Source: Tubiluchus corallicola (lineage: Eukaryota > Animalia > Priapulida). From it: a stretch of 64,000 bases of DNA. The notes beneath the pieces are model-generated. The model had not been told where the DNA came from, ran no database searches, and worked only from the letters and a program-made list of their open reading frames with translations. Where the stretch lies: the NCBI GenBank assembly GCA_030141605.1, contig JAQGDQ010000009.1, positions 310,001 to 374,000 on the forward strand, in the 5' to 3' direction. Positions 1 through 15,400 of the stretch are shown here, piece by piece. How positions within the stretch are numbered: position 1 is the stretch's first letter; each line of letters starts with the position of its first letter. The position numbers were made by a program, and so were the translations under genes.

Positions 1-1184
1 AATATTGTGGCATTACTGCAATACACACGACAAATTATAAGTCAACGAGAACACAAGCTAGTAAACAAATACATTATTGCACTTTAGTTTAAATACTGTT
101 TTTATCGATTTACAAAATAGTTTGAACAGCTTTTGAAAGAATTAGGATTGCTTTTAAGATACGTAATACTTTACTACATAACCATAAAACAAAGATGCAC
201 AACAATTTTTTCACTGCTCGCCAGTCACCTCTAACTTAAATGATAAAACTTTACAGAGTTCATAATTCTTTCCAATTGGAATTATAAGAAAATTCGGTTA
301 AGTTTCGGTAAAAAATTTGGTTTGGCTTTGGTCCGGCATTCCAATTTATCTTGATATTTTATTCGGAATTCCGTTCTGTAGCATGGCCCATCATTTGGTT
401 TGGCACCCAAGCATAAAAATATCGGCTTCAGTTCGGTTGATGAAAATGTGTCTTCTGTGTAGCCCTAATACACACTGTCCCATTAGCAAAAACTTGTGGA
501 ATAACTATACTACCTGCTATTTCTCACCCATGCCATTGATATTTTGTGTGAATTCGTAGCCAATTTTGCTTGATTTATATTTATTTTACGCTTGGCTCTC
601 TGAATGCTGTTATGGTCATAGAGCTGGATGGGTGTGTTTTTATAAATTTCTGGTATTTTGCCAGATTTCAAGAGAGTTTAAGGATTTTTGGTTAGTCTGT
701 TATTAAAACCTATAACCTTGAGCGAAGCTCTATTTAAATTCATAAAACTAATAGCATCATGTCTCATGATCTTTAATAGCTAAATCGATTAGGCACTAAA
801 TCGATTTCACAGTGTGTCGAGTAGACCTAAATTTTGTTTATTACATTGGACCCATGATTGATTTTGCATCTTATTTTTCCTATATTGCAAAGTGGGTATC
901 CCATTCTGAGCATAATTAAACGTGATGACCAAAAGCATGGACTTATAAACATACTTTTTTTATGATGTATTGTATTCATTATACAGCCTTTTTTAAACAT
1001 GTTTGTTTCACATTTTTCACATACAATTTTGTTTTTGTTTATTACTGTATTTAAGTAATTTAGTGTAAACAATTTTACCAATGCTTGCGTGCCTGTACCC
1101 TTTGTAATACCCCTTATAAATGGTATAACTCTTTAAAAGGTGTATTATAAAGGCCTATACCCCTTTATATTGTTTTCCATACAG

Positions 1185-3476
1185 GAATACATGAAACACC
1201 ACATCAACGATTGTGGTTTAGATACTTACATTGTGATGCTGGAAGCACAAGAAAGACTAGTAGCATTGTGTCTAGAAGACCACGATGAAACTTCTCCCTC
1301 TGAATCTGCGAACATAGCTGTTTGTGCAGATGCATTGTTTCGGTAGGATGTATAAGTTTTTTTTATTTTTGTGTTGAGACTATTACAGCTTTTACTTGTC
1401 AACATTGTCCGTTGATTATGTACCATTTGACTTCCTTAAATGTACCAAATTGTTGTTTTTTTCCAAATTGTCTTGTAAAACAAGCCAGGCTCTTTGAGAA
1501 AGACGGTATGATGAAGCACTGTTTAACACTATCGCTACACAATAAAACTGAATGCTATTAGAGGAATTTAAAAACCCAAGGTGGACAAGAAAGCTATGTC
1601 TTGTGATAATGCATGCATTTTTTCAGAATATTCGGTTGACTTTTCTCAAAGTCGAACCAGATTAAACAGAAAAGTCCATTTCTATGACAATGATATACAA
1701 TCTTATTAAATATAAGAATAGATCAATCAGTACTGAGTTAGGTCTAATATTGAAGGTTGTGGGTTTTGGTTATATACTATGTAGCCTGATCATTCTCGAC
1801 ATTAATATGTAGCTGCTATTTCTCTGCTAAGCACCAGCCAAGTGACGATTGGACATGACCATCAATGCAAGTGAGCTACTAATGAGTCACTACAAGAGTG
1901 TTAATCTTTGTATCATAGCCTCCATATTGAAGAAAATGCTTGTGGATGCAAAAAACTTGAATTGAAATAGTAGGAGTTTGGGTATAGCGTTATCACACTG
2001 GTAAAAAAACTCATTCTCAGCCAAGTTGTTCTTAGAGACTTGCAGAAAACTTTAAAGACTCGTGGAACCACCTTTATTGAACATAAAAGGTTGCTTATTA
2101 TAAACAGCAAGCACAAAAATAAATTTTTGCTATTGCTAGTTAGTAATTAGTGTGTTGCAGAATTTGTGGTGACACAACAATAATGTAGTACTGCATAGAA
2201 ACATACCACTGTTTATTGCATTTTAATTCATTTAGAATCCATATTTTAGGTTTGACCAGACTTTATACAAAGCAACTCATCTTCAAGATGAAGGCAGGGA
2301 AGACTGGACTGCAATACTGAATCACTCAAAAGGACAGCTCTACATGTACTCTGCCATTCTCTTGTTAAAGCGTTGCCAACAAGTAGGTTTCAGATTGGAT
2401 TTGCGGGATACATAAATTAAGACTGCAATTTAAATACCAAAATTTCACTGGGGTATAGATAAATACTATAGCTCAACTGCTCAGTTACTCAGCTAGGAAT
2501 GAATGCTTTTTAAGTTAAATCTAACGAATTGACAGTTATCGATCTGCTGCTGTTCTTACCTTTCATCTTACTTGTCTGAAATGTACACAAAGTGGTAATT
2601 TACTCCTGCTGTGTTTCTTGATGCCAGCAGAACTTTGCTGTCTTATGCATAGTAAGTAGAATAGCATGCTCTGACCAATCAGCGATTTTTCTGTTGATTA
2701 CCTGACCAAGTTTATGGAGCAAAAAACGCATCTATGTCAACTAAACCCTGATCCATGATAAGACAATTGTCTGAAGATCTTTGTTGTTCTATCTAGAACA
2801 AAAACCTTCAAATAATCTAAGAAAAACAGCTGCACAATATTTTATTTTACAAATTGAACTGTGTCAGCTCAACTTAGTATTCGGTAAACTATGCCTTTGT
2901 ATTGGCTATACATCGGCAAACTACGGCTTTTACATTGAAATTCATTGACTATAGTTATTCCGTTTTTTGTTTCAGCTTCTAAAAAGCTGGAAAGATGCCG
3001 CTGATGAAGCACTGATGTGTTTTATCATTGCTTATACTTTCAAAGAACTTGAAAAGCAAAGTAATTGGTACTGGAATGCCTCAGATGGGAAGAAAAAGTT
3101 ATACGATAGATGGTTCAATTCTGCTTGTTTCAGACTCAGTCAGACAGGTATGGTGTGATAGAAACGGCATCTGCAATAATTATACCTCGTAAAAAATTAT
3201 AAAATGAAATGTCAGATGTTGTTACGTTGAAATATTTGTTATTCATGCTCTTTTGTCAAATTGACAAAAAACTGTTGTAATATTTGGTATAGATTATGAA
3301 AATTTTCAATTAAGCTAGATTGATTTGATTTCACATTCATATCTGTATTGTTCTGAAATTCGTCAGTTATTAAAGTAACATGTTTTACAGGGCATATGAT
3401 ACAGGAACTATGTGGACTAGCTGAACCAAAACGTCGTGCCGAGAGAGTTATGCAGAAATATACTTCTTCTAGTGTG
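1185..3476 (+). CDS. RANBP2: RanBP2 N-terminal helical-domain exons (4 exons) upstream of the giant intron
   Basis: Spliced translation ...[12 protein letters not shown]...[24 protein letters not shown]...[13 protein letters not shown]...TSSSV. The phase-0 donor GTG|gtaagt at 3476/3477 joins acceptor cag|GGT at 20598/20599. Confidence 0.85.
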
Positions 3477-6400
3477 GTAAGTCATGTAGTCCAGAAATCT
3501 TCGTAACAATAGTTTAGCAAACTCAGCTTACCTCCACAACCATATTTGTATGCATGTTTTATCAGTGTTAAGTCTCATCAATACTGCCTTGCTCATTTTA
3601 AAGATAAAGCAGATTGAAAACAAAGATGACAGAAATTAAAGTCAACTCTTTTGGAAATATGTGTAATTTACATTTCTAAATTTTTTACAGTCAGTACTGT
3701 TTTGCACATTGTTGCTTATATAAGGTAAAAGCCCAACCTAACCAACAGTTTTTCAGTAAAAGTTTAAGAAGCACTTCAACGAAAAATCAGATGATTTTGT
3801 AAAATAATCGAGTAATTAAGTGAGTAATGCAGTGTGCTAATAATTTCCCACCCCTCTGAGTGTGCCACGCGGTTTTCTGATCGTACAATCTAATCTTGGC
3901 GACATCATCACAAGAGTGCTCTGAGAACTGTTGAATAATGACTGTTGAGTGCTTTTGTGTGGAATAATGACAAGAAATATCCCAGAAAAAATAGAAAACT
4001 TGTTCATTTGTCGTTAGATGTAATTATAATGTGCTCATAGATTTGTGAGAAAGTTATTCTATGGTGAGTTTGTCTTATTTCTGCATAAAGGTAGCACCGT
4101 TAATTTTTTGTTTTCGCATTCTACTGATAAAGCAAATAAAGTGGACAACTAATGTGTGAATGAGTGAGTCAGTGATGCACAGACCTTACTGAAACTCACT
4201 ACCACATCGTTCAGTTACCGTTATTTCTTGCAGCACAAAATCATTAATTACGTCATTTTTTAGTTCGACAATTTTCACATATTATGTATGTCATCAATAA
4301 TGCATGAATTCCAAACATTATAAAATAAAGTTAGAGCCCTTACCACAATTTGCCGGGTTTTTATGACTTCTAAAAATGACTAAATATTGATTTTAAACAC
4401 TAAAAATAATCTTATTTACAATTAAAAATTTTGGAGGTCAAATTACTTATACTGTCTTAGTAGATGACTGTTTTCTGGCTCATTTCATTAATATAGCTAC
4501 CAGTATTCATACACTCCTGAATTCTGTGTGTGTATGTGGTTTTCAATTCGTCATAGATCTTCCAGGCCCATATTATTTCACCATTGGTATCATGGGTGGT
4601 AAAAATTTATTATGTTTGAATAGACACTTCTGTGTGTCCGAGATTATAGCCTAGTTTTCCCAAGAATAATCATTTTCAGGCTCTACTTTAATTGTTGGTT
4701 CGGCCTCTATGATGTTCCCCATTTCCAAATTACCACTAATTTCACATATTTCACCTTGTCGGCTCCAAATTTTCACTATATGAGGTGTCCCGGTACTGCC
4801 GAAGCCATTTTCATTTGTTTCATCAGATGTCCACTCACTTGTAATTTCTGCCTCAGTTTGTTCATCTCGCTGTTCTGTTTTTATTATTCTGTTTGTTAGC
4901 TGACAAAATTCATCTGTCAAACTACCAATGAAACGTTCTGTGCTAATGTAATCTTCTTGGTCCGAACACTGTTCTGACACCTCTTCTTTTACTGATGCAC
5001 AATAAACTCCTGTAGATTCATCTAGGGGTGGATTGACAAAGTTTTCTTCGTTAGTTTCGTTGCCACTGATATGACTGTCTGAATCCGAACAATAATCGGG
5101 GGGTTCTACTTTAACTGAGGCACTGATAGTCACCTGTGAAGTTGCATTATCATAATCACTAGCCCACGTGTCCTGGTGCACTGGAGTTATGTATTGAGTT
5201 GACACAAATTTTTCATTGTCATCCACACTTCTTTCAATTAATTCTACATTGAAGCCTTCATTGTAATTATCTATGCTCCTATAAAAGTATTAGTGATAAA
5301 TTAGACTTAATTTAAAAAAATCATAATCATTAGTGTTGTATTATAAATATTAGTTATTTTGTTTACTAGACCTATTAATACTTTTTTGTTTTTGTTTCAT
5401 ATTCTTGCAGTAAAATCTTAACACTTGTAGATGGCAGTCCTAACTAGTAGCTGTTATGCTGTCTAGCATAACGTGCTACTAGTATGGTAATTATTGTCCG
5501 TACTTACATATATAAAACTGTGACTACAAATTTTAAAATGTTATATTACCTGGCTTCAAGATGGCTAAACATGTGCTGATTTAATGTTCTCTGGTGAACA
5601 AATGAAGCTCCACATTCTTTACAGGTGTATGACATCTCGTCTAAGTCTTCTTCCTTTGTTGTTTCAACCTTTATCTTATGAAACCAAAGCATATGAGTTG
5701 TAAAATCGTCAATATTGCTAAACGATAGTGATGTACATGCAGAGCACTTCTGACATATCGCATCGCTTTTCTTCAAGTTCAAAAAAAATTCTGCTGGTGT
5801 TGATTTCTTACTGCTAGCTTGATATGATGCATCAGTGTGAGTGATCATGTGTTTCTTCAAATTTGCAAGTTCCATAAATGCAGCTGGACATACAGAACAT
5901 TTATGAGGTCTATGTGTTGTATGAACTCTGATAACATGGCTTTTGTATTCTGCTAAATGACTGAAGTGCTCGCCACATTCCGCACACTCCTGCTTCCTTT
6001 CCCCTTCGTGTTTCGTCATGTGACATTCTAAGTATCTTTTTGCACTAAACAATGCATTGCATTTTTCGCATTTAAACACAAATTTTTTCTTTAAATAAGT
6101 TTTACTAACGTTTTCTTTTTTAGTGACAGTCACTTCTTCATTAGAAGTTTTATTAAGAGGTTTCTTTGATGGGAAGCGCTTCCGTGTTGAGATGCGTGTT
6201 TGCTTCAGTTCATCATTAGCATGAATTCTCATGTGATTTTTCAAAGGAGATAACCTCCTAAATGTTGCCGAGCAACTCCCACATTCATAGGTTTTCTTTC
6301 CTGCACATCCGCCATTTTTATTTTCATTCTGTAGCCCACTCTTAAAAACAATTTCAGAATACTTGGACACGGGTGAAGCTTTGATGTCCTTTTCGGCTGA

Positions 6401-9400
6401 TTTTTGTATGAGAGTCGGATGCTTGTTAGATTTCAACTCATTTTTGTTCAAATTATTGAAAATTGTGTTATTACTTCTCTGGTTGCCCATGTTAACTCTG
6501 CCATGGTATTTTATCCGTATGGGTTTTATGAATCCTGGCTCTGCGTGGCGCCTATAAAAATATTACAGTTTGAATTTCTCATGAATACTACTATTAACAC
6601 TCATTGTTATTGACAGTGACCTAAAAGTAGAATACTAAATAACAAATAATTTTCTTTTATACCACCACTTCAGCTTAATGGCAGTTCTCAATTTATGAAT
6701 TTTGTTTTGTGATTCCAGTACCCTTTTACGTGTATTTGGAACTTTAGTAGTGCAGAAAAAGACATGAATTTAAAAATGTGTGCACTTGTTTGAAAACTTA
6801 AACTGGAGACCTATTTTAAACTTTAATGCAAAATAATAACTTAGTACAAGAGAATTTTAATTATCTTCATTCTGTTTAGTTATACTATTCATTCAGAACA
6901 CATTAGTATTTATTGACAATTTTGGCATAGGACAATATTCCAAATATCAACAGCCGTTCATTGGTTATAACTTAACATTCTGTAAGGGTTCGTGAATTAT
7001 TGTTATACATTCGTATAAATACTCACTCTCTTATGTGCTGACTCAGTGTGCGTAGGTGGCAGAAATTAGCTCCACACTGATTACATGTATGCTTTTCTGT
7101 TGTGGGATCCATGTCTTTATTGAAATATTTGTACAGTGTTTGTGATAATTGCTGTCTGAAAATAATCAAATGCAAATGATCATTTAAATTTTTAAGAAAA
7201 GAATATTTATTAATTCCGAGTTGGCTATCAATCGGGCTGCCATTTATCATCTCTTTGTCATAATGACAAATGAAATGTGCATGTGCAAGTATGGTTAGTA
7301 AAATTGACATCTGATTACCTTTATCATTACTCATTAGCTATTACATTATAATCCGCTTATAACAAGTTTAAAAGGACCATGAAAATTTGCTCACTATAGC
7401 CAAGATCAATCGTTTGAGGGTATGTGCAATACAGAAATGAAGCTTATGAGACTTAGATGATGAAAAGAGCATTTTCTTTTGAGACTTCCACTTTTTAAAT
7501 TAGTGCTACTGTTCAGCAAGAATTTTATCACAAAAGAATAAACTTACAGTGTTTAAACTCTATTATTTCTAGGTTTAAGACAGTATTTTGTGTAATAAAT
7601 TCTGCATAAAACTACCTCGCAAGTTGCTTTTCCAAACTAGTGATATGATTTGTTCGTGACATTGTCTCTTGCTGACTCGGGACGTGTGCATCGATGGAAA
7701 CACCCTGGCTTTTATTTAAATAGCTGTGTGGGCACAGTATAACTGATTATGAGTAATTCATTATGGACTATGTCAACTAATAGCTAAATCTACATTCTGG
7801 CTAGCCTATGTGTTATTTAATGTAAAACCACTGTACTGATTTAAAACTGTATTTTTATTAAAAACCAGAGTTTGAAAAATCACAGAATTATTTATTTTGC
7901 AAAACAAAAGAGTTTTGTAAGTTTTTATAAAGAAACTTTGTCATTGCTACCTGTTTCACATTAAATTGCACCACAGCTTTATTCAAGGAGCTGTCAAGTT
8001 TTGTTAGGCCATGAGAACTGATCAGTTGCTGGTGATGACTTAAAAATTGCAGAGTTTAGCAAAGGCATCAGCTAGGTCATTCAAGCTAATGTGTTGACAA
8101 ACTAGTTCTTTTCCTATCTGAATCACTCTGCCCACCTCCTTGTGACTATAAGAAGTTACAATTATAGAAGCACTTAAGGCTGCTAAGCTGACTCACCAGC
8201 ACATCTGCATGACTGTGCTGTACTTGATATACATAACATTGTTTTATATGCATGATCAATAAATTGACTGCTACAGTGCATGTAATCTTTTTGCCCTTGG
8301 TGAAAGGTGTCCATTTGCACTCGTTATATACAGGCCAAGTATAATCATGGGGCCAAAAAATTCTCGTAATAAGCAAAAACTAGCAATATTGGTGCGTGCA
8401 GTAAGCAAGGTTTAAATATATTATTTAAGCCTAAGATTTGACTGGACTTTGAAATTAACTCGTAGTGAAATTGTAATTAATCACGATATTAGGAGAGCTT
8501 TACTTGTAAAATGTTGTGGCGCTGGAACAAATTGTTTCCGATCACAATCATTTAATGTTGTTTTATCTGTTATTTCGCTGCAGACTGCAGTCTAGCCTTT
8601 TCAACTGCAAGATATAATAGTGGTGAAGTAAAACAGTACTACAATAAGCCTGATGCTGAAATCATGTAGTGCATCCTGATGTTATCAGTAGTAACGATGA
8701 TACCAAATTGATGTCTCACCCCTGATAACAATTATCGATTCTTTAGTGACTCTCACCTCAAAAACATTAATCTCAAAGCCAAATTTTAATATTGTGAGCT
8801 CATCCAACTAGCTCAGAATTAACGATTACTTTATTTTATCGAATGTAAATTTAATATTTAATTAGTGAAAATATAATTATTGACATTTTATTTATTTTAT
8901 TAAATAAACAAGGATAACAGATGCTGCCACTAAGGTAAACTTGGTTCAGTGCCTAACCAGATCTGGTGCTTTACTTGGGCAGTCCTTGTACCGCACTGTG
9001 CACTGCTTCACGCCCAACAAGGTTCGCTGCACAAAAAGGTCACAAAAGTGTAATGCACATACACTTTCTGGTTAAAGTATTTAAAGAATATTTTGCATTT
9101 GACCAGTGCGGTTGAGGCAACATTTCATTGGTGTTTTAATTATGTTTTAAAACATAGATTAATCGCTGAGTGACGCGCCTTAGAAAAATTTTAAAGTGAA
9201 TTAAGTGCAAGTACAACTGAAATTAAAGATTAATAAACTATAATTTTTCACTAATGTTAGTATCAAATCTGAATCTGAAAAAAATAGAAGATAGACAGAC
9301 AAGGTCTTGAAATTTGTCTTAGAAATGCCATAACGTGTAAAAAACGCACTGGCGGGTATTCTTCTTTGTGTGCACAGGAAAAGGAGATAACCCAGGCCCT

Positions 9401-12400
9401 ATCTCACTTATTTTCCTAAGATTTCTTGGAATGTAATCGTTTTGAATTGTACTTAGCTTTTAAAATTACCTTTGCCGGCAAGTGTGAGGCGTCAGTTCTG
9501 AAGCTCTTTGTTCAGAAGGCCTTTTATATCAACCCGTTATACAGAAATTTGAAAAAAATAGTAATATTACGTACCATAATTCATACTAAATTTTATGTAC
9601 CTTCGGGTTCAGCCATCGATTTTAAACTATTCTTATATATAGACAAACAAAATTGAATAAGTACGCCATCCTAGCATTTTCTTTTAAACATTACTAACTT
9701 AACGTACACATGATATTTATACTTTGTAATTGTTGATGAGCGCAGTTAAGTTATTACTATTCGCAATTCGTGTCTATGAAACGCCATGTCTAACCCATTT
9801 AAAGTACAAGAAATTTATGCGCACCGTCAACGTTTACAGCACTGCGACGTGCCGTACACAGATAATTATGCTACCAAAGGAAAGGCCATGCTTTCTGAAA
9901 ACTTAGGCTTATTTCTATATTCGCGACAAATATTAGAAGCATTTAGCAATGAGAGTGTGGTAAGCACCTCGTGTAGTTAGTAAAATCACTTTAAACTTGC
10001 GATCATTTCACGTTTAGACACTCTTATTTTGAACTCCACCTTTCTCCGTGAATAACGTTATTCATCGGCTGAAGGAAAGCAGCACACTGTCAGTTTCAAT
10101 CATAAGCTTAACAAGTTTCTACAAAAAATAAATAGTTAATATTTTTGCATGAACATTAGGCTATTGAAAAAGTTTAATTTAGTTCAAGCAGAGCATGCTT
10201 ATTGAAAACCAGTTACAAAAGTCACAAAGTCCACCATCTGCGTCATATTTTTCAAATGAATGGAACCTACTACTGCACCTGAAAATTTGTTTAAAAAAAT
10301 CCTTTAACTTGCTAAGAAACAGGCAGAGAAGACATCAAATTTTCATTAAGTCTTGTTTTTGATAATGCAACATCGGCATGTTTAAGTTGTGATACTGTTT
10401 AGATTTCGTAAACATTTATTTTGTCATTATGTTGTACTGTTTGAAGATATTTCACACACTGTGACTACTTGGTTATCTTTTTATTTCAGCGATGATTTCT
10501 TCTCTATTATTTACCTATCTGAAAATCTAGAGTGAAATAAGCACAATTATTTTTTCTCATCTTAGCAGTGATGCCTTTATCTCTCTACAGACATTTGCAG
10601 CAGCTTAATAGTTATCACTTTGCTACCACAGCTAATTAAAAAAATTATTATTGACAGGGTTGTGATATTCGTGATCACTATCGCAGTTAAACTCTGTGAT
10701 CGCACAAATGATTGCAATCATTTCTCTCTTAATATAATCTTCAGTTCTTAGAAATTTTTGAAATTCCTACTCAGTTTTCCATTATAATTTATTATGCTTA
10801 ATATAAAATGAATAATGGAAAACCATCCATACATTATATGCTATTGCACTGCAATGAGAAAACCTCTGACACTGTATTAAGATGTACATAGTGTGCAGTT
10901 GTACATGCAGAGACCACAGTTTTGTTTTAAAATAATTTGTGATTTATGTACATTAAGTATAAATTATTTGATCGTGATCGGGATTGCAGTCAACTACCAA
11001 AATGCACATGATCGCAATCACAATCAAAAATTTTCTTTTTTCATGACCACTAACAACAGTGATTATTGAACATTTCAAAAATGCTCGTAAAAATAGAAAT
11101 TTGGAGTTTTTTCAGTCATTTTTATTTTTAAAAATAAGTTTTAATGTTTTGTTTAAAGAATTACGCAATACAAGTTTTAAATACTTATTGTTTGGAAGCC
11201 TGGAACAGGATGATTCTAAGATATTATGAATTCAAGTTACAATTGTCTACAAAACTAAGAACTCTTTTACAACTCATTCTCATTAACTGCATGTAGTAGA
11301 TTAAAAGTAAAAATGATGTGTATAGTCTCTGAGACTCTATGGTAATGAAGATAGACCATTACTTCAACACTAACGTTTTATAAAAGCTAACGTCTTTTCG
11401 CTACACCAAATTTTCAGCACAGTTTACTTAGGCTACAGTAATACAGTTGTGTAGCTATAATAATAAATTCTGAACTCTGTTGTTATCATACTGTTACATT
11501 TAAGTCTTTTGATGTTAATTGTTTGATGCCGTTGCGTGTATTTTGTAACTCTTGCCATCTCTTTTCAGCCACCGTTTCTTTTTTTAATTTTGGAAATCTT
11601 TTCCTCTGGAAGTTTTGCACTACGCTCTCCGTGCTTGCGTATTCAATTTGCCTTCTTTTTTCTCTTTTCTCTAGAAGCTGTTTTTCTAGTTCTTGTATTT
11701 CAACATTTTTGTCATGATCCACTGGTACTGTTGGTTTTTCCACTTCTTTTCTTTTTTCTGCTCTGTACATTGCTAGCTCTTCCAGTGTATTTTTAATCAG
11801 TAGCTCCTTTTGCTGTTTTGTAGCTTGTATGTAATTCTGCTTCTCTTGCCTTTCCTCTTCTTTTTTAATTTGTAAATCAGCTAGTCGTTGTCTTAGTTCA
11901 GCAAGAGACATTTCTGTTAGAAGGCCAATTCCAGACGTTTCAGTGAAATCTAATGGCTTGAACCGACAGATTGGTGTAGTTTCTAAAGCTCGTATTTCCT
12001 GAATAATAGCAGCTCTCTTTTTCATGTCTTCTTCTGCTTCATCCAAAGCTTGCTGCATCAGTGCTTGCTGTTCCTCTTTAACTTGCTGCACAATTTGCCG
12101 CTTATAATTTTGAAGTTTTTCTTTGGCTTTTCCAATGTCTTGCTTCTGAGAAGTAATGATAGTGCTGACCAATTTTTTCATTTCATTCTCGGCTTCCTGT
12201 CTTTCTTCCCAATATTTCTCCAACAGTTCACTTGCTTCCAGCTTCATCTTAAAAACCATTTCTTTTTTTTCCATGCAGGCATTCTTGTGTGCTAAAATTG
12301 CAGCTTCATGGCTAATTTTACCATGTAGGACTTTTCGTTTTTGATCAGCATGCTGTGTTTCAAGGTCACTTTTCTTCATTTCCAGTTCTCTCTGTAAATA

Positions 12401-15400
12401 TACATCGTCACTTTGATGCCCTCTTACTAAATCGTTAAGTTTTCTTTGTTTTAGTTCTTCATTTTTTCTAAAAGTCTGAGTCTCTCGTAATATTGCTGCA
12501 ATGTTTACATTTGGCATAGGGTCTTCAACTGCAGACTTGTATCTTGTCTTTTCATATTTCAACTTTTCTTCTCTATCATTCTGGATATTGTCAATGATGG
12601 CTCTGGTTCTCTCAGATTTTTCAGGATTTGCACATCTCATTTGTTTCTTCTGAGCTGTATCGTATAATTTTTGAGCGTTTTCTCGATTGTGATGTCTTGC
12701 CTGTGAAAGTAATAGCTCTTCTTTAGGCGAATCATATGCTGTTGTTGGAACAGGTTTGCTTGGTTTTAAACTGTGGATGGGTTCTGGTATTAGAATTCTT
12801 CTAGCTTTCTGTTGTGTCAACTTGAAAGTTCTAATTTTTGTGGAAGGAAGAACCGAAATTGTCTTTAATGAACTCTGTGCAACTCTTTTCTGAAAATATT
12901 TTTGTATATTACTTCTCCACTTCAATAAGGGGGCAACAAAGGTTTCTTCAACGTATGTTTCTTCATATGCCTCACACCATTTCGGTACAAGTATTATTTT
13001 TAAATTATGTTCACTTGTCAGAAATGAAAAGAAATTGTTTAGTAGCTCAGATTCTACAGCTTTAAGAACTTCACAAAAATTTCTAAAACCAAATTCATCC
13101 ATCCGGAATATGAGCAAGTAAATCAAAACCTTGTAAAAACACAATTCTGTTTTGGGCGGCTTTTTCCTATTAATTCGTGTGACAAATTCTGTAATAGCGA
13201 CATCTATAATTTTACTGAATCGAACACATCCAAGGAAAATTTCTTGAACAAGTTGCCTGTCTCCTTGTTGCAATGCAGTTTTAGCAAATACTGTAACTAG
13301 ATGCTGTTCTGGACATCGACTCATCTGGAACCTAGCATAAAACAGAGTTAATAAAACTTAAAAACAACATTCTTAGTGTATTCAATTGCTGAATAGTTAA
13401 AAACTGTTGTTAAAGTGCAACTATGTTCAAGTAAGAATCATATAAGTGAAATCAGGATTAATCTGAAGAACTAATGTATAATGATCAATAAGCACGTAGG
13501 CTGTTAGTCATATTGCTTTTGTAATTGTGCTTAAAAAAACTAAATTATTTTAAAAAAATCTGAAAGCAGTTAAACTCCCAACTCGAAAGTGTTGCAGAGT
13601 ATTTATCAATATAGCCTCAATAAAATTCACGTTGAATTATGAAGTTTAAAAATGATCCTTAAACTGTTTAGGTCCGTTTCCCAGAAAAAAATGTTGCCAG
13701 AAAATATTTTTTCTTAGACAACTCGTTTCACAGAAAAACATTTCCCAAAAGGATTTTTTAACAGAAAATCGTGGTTACTTTTTTACTACTAAATCTGCTA
13801 TTTTAGTAAGATAAAGCCTTCGATTTCTCTCTCTCTGTTTGCTTCTCCCTCTTTTCCTCCTGCCCCCACTCATCCTCTCCCTCTCTCTCTTTCTCTCTCC
13901 TCTCTCTCTCTCCCTCTCTCTCTCTCTCCCTCTCTCTCTCTCTCCTCTCTCTCTTCTCCCTCTCTCTCTCTCTCTCCCTCTCTCTCTCTCTTTCTCTCTC
14001 TCTGTCTCTCTCTCTCTTGTTCTCTTTCTGTCTCTCAACCCCTCTCACTCTCTCTCATTTGTTCTTTCACTTTTTGCTCTCCTTTAGTTATCTACAGCAC
14101 TTTGAGTAATGACTATCAAAAATCAGAATACTTTAAAAAGATGCAATGGTTAAGGGAATTAACACGTTTTAGAAAAATATTTTGTTTTGAAACTTTTCAA
14201 GTTCAGGCAATTTCAAGTTTTTATGATGAAATTGCTTTCTCGGAGTAATTTGCTTTATACCATTTGCTGCATACAGTCACTTCAAATTCAGTTGATTTTC
14301 ATAGGAGTTAAAATAAAGTATAATAAAGAATAATTATAAAAAATAAAAACACCAAGGCTTTGTGAACTATACAGATTTGTTAATGTCTTCAGGTAAATAT
14401 TTGCCAAATAAATTATGCTCCTTGGTAAAATTTTTTGCATGTTTTGTATGGCAGGACCTGACCCTAGTTCATTATCAAGATAATCCTCTGAGATGAAAAA
14501 CTGAATTACAGAGTCACAGTCACATTCTCATGCACGTATATCTTTTCTAAACACTCCAAGAAACGAATAAAATAATTTGGAAACACAGTAAAAGTAACTG
14601 CACAAGAATGATATTCCTAAGAAGTCTCTAAGCAAATCAGTTTCGAGGCTTTGCATTGCTGAACTTTAGAGCCAATCAAATGCCGTGATTACTCACGGTA
14701 TATGCCAAGAAAGACTCACTACCTAATCGTGCTGACATCGCAAATCTACATTTCGCTTTAACGGGTTGACCAATTTTTTATCATAAAAATTATAATCCCT
14801 ATTAATCAATACTGTAGTTAAAATAAACTAATAATTTTCATTGCATATTATTAAACTGTGCTTTAAAAAGGATTTATTACATTTTCTGTGAATTTTATTT
14901 TCTATGAAATGTTAGTTCTGGGAACATTTTTTGGGAAATGACAATTGTGGGAAAAAATCTTTTCTGGGTTATATTGTCCTGTAAAATTTTTTGTCAGGCA
15001 AAAAAATTTTCTTGCAAAAGTCTGCTGAAGAATTGAGTTTACCCTCTTAAATGAACCAGAATTCAGAAACTTAAATTAAAATAAAGTCATAGTAATTAAA
15101 GTATTGATTAATCGTCTTGGTAGGAGTAAGTAAAATTAAATAAGTAATCACTTTGGAGCATGTCCGTTTTGGAATAAGATGTCTTTGCCATTAATGTGGT
15201 TTGTTTTACCTTTTCATCCTTAAGCCATGTATGACAGCTTTGCCTTCTTTTATAAATGAACATCATTAGGAAATGTAACTGTTAAACATTCATCAGACGA
15301 CTCAATTTTTTGGTCACTTAATCAAGAGCCTTTCAAGTTTTAAGCAAATATTACAATTTACGCTTAACGTTCTTTTCTCTGCTGCCAGACTGCAAGTCCA

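Noticed and set aside
13775-14087. RE-rich and LS-rich ORFs
   Set aside because: Translations of the (CT)n microsatellite.
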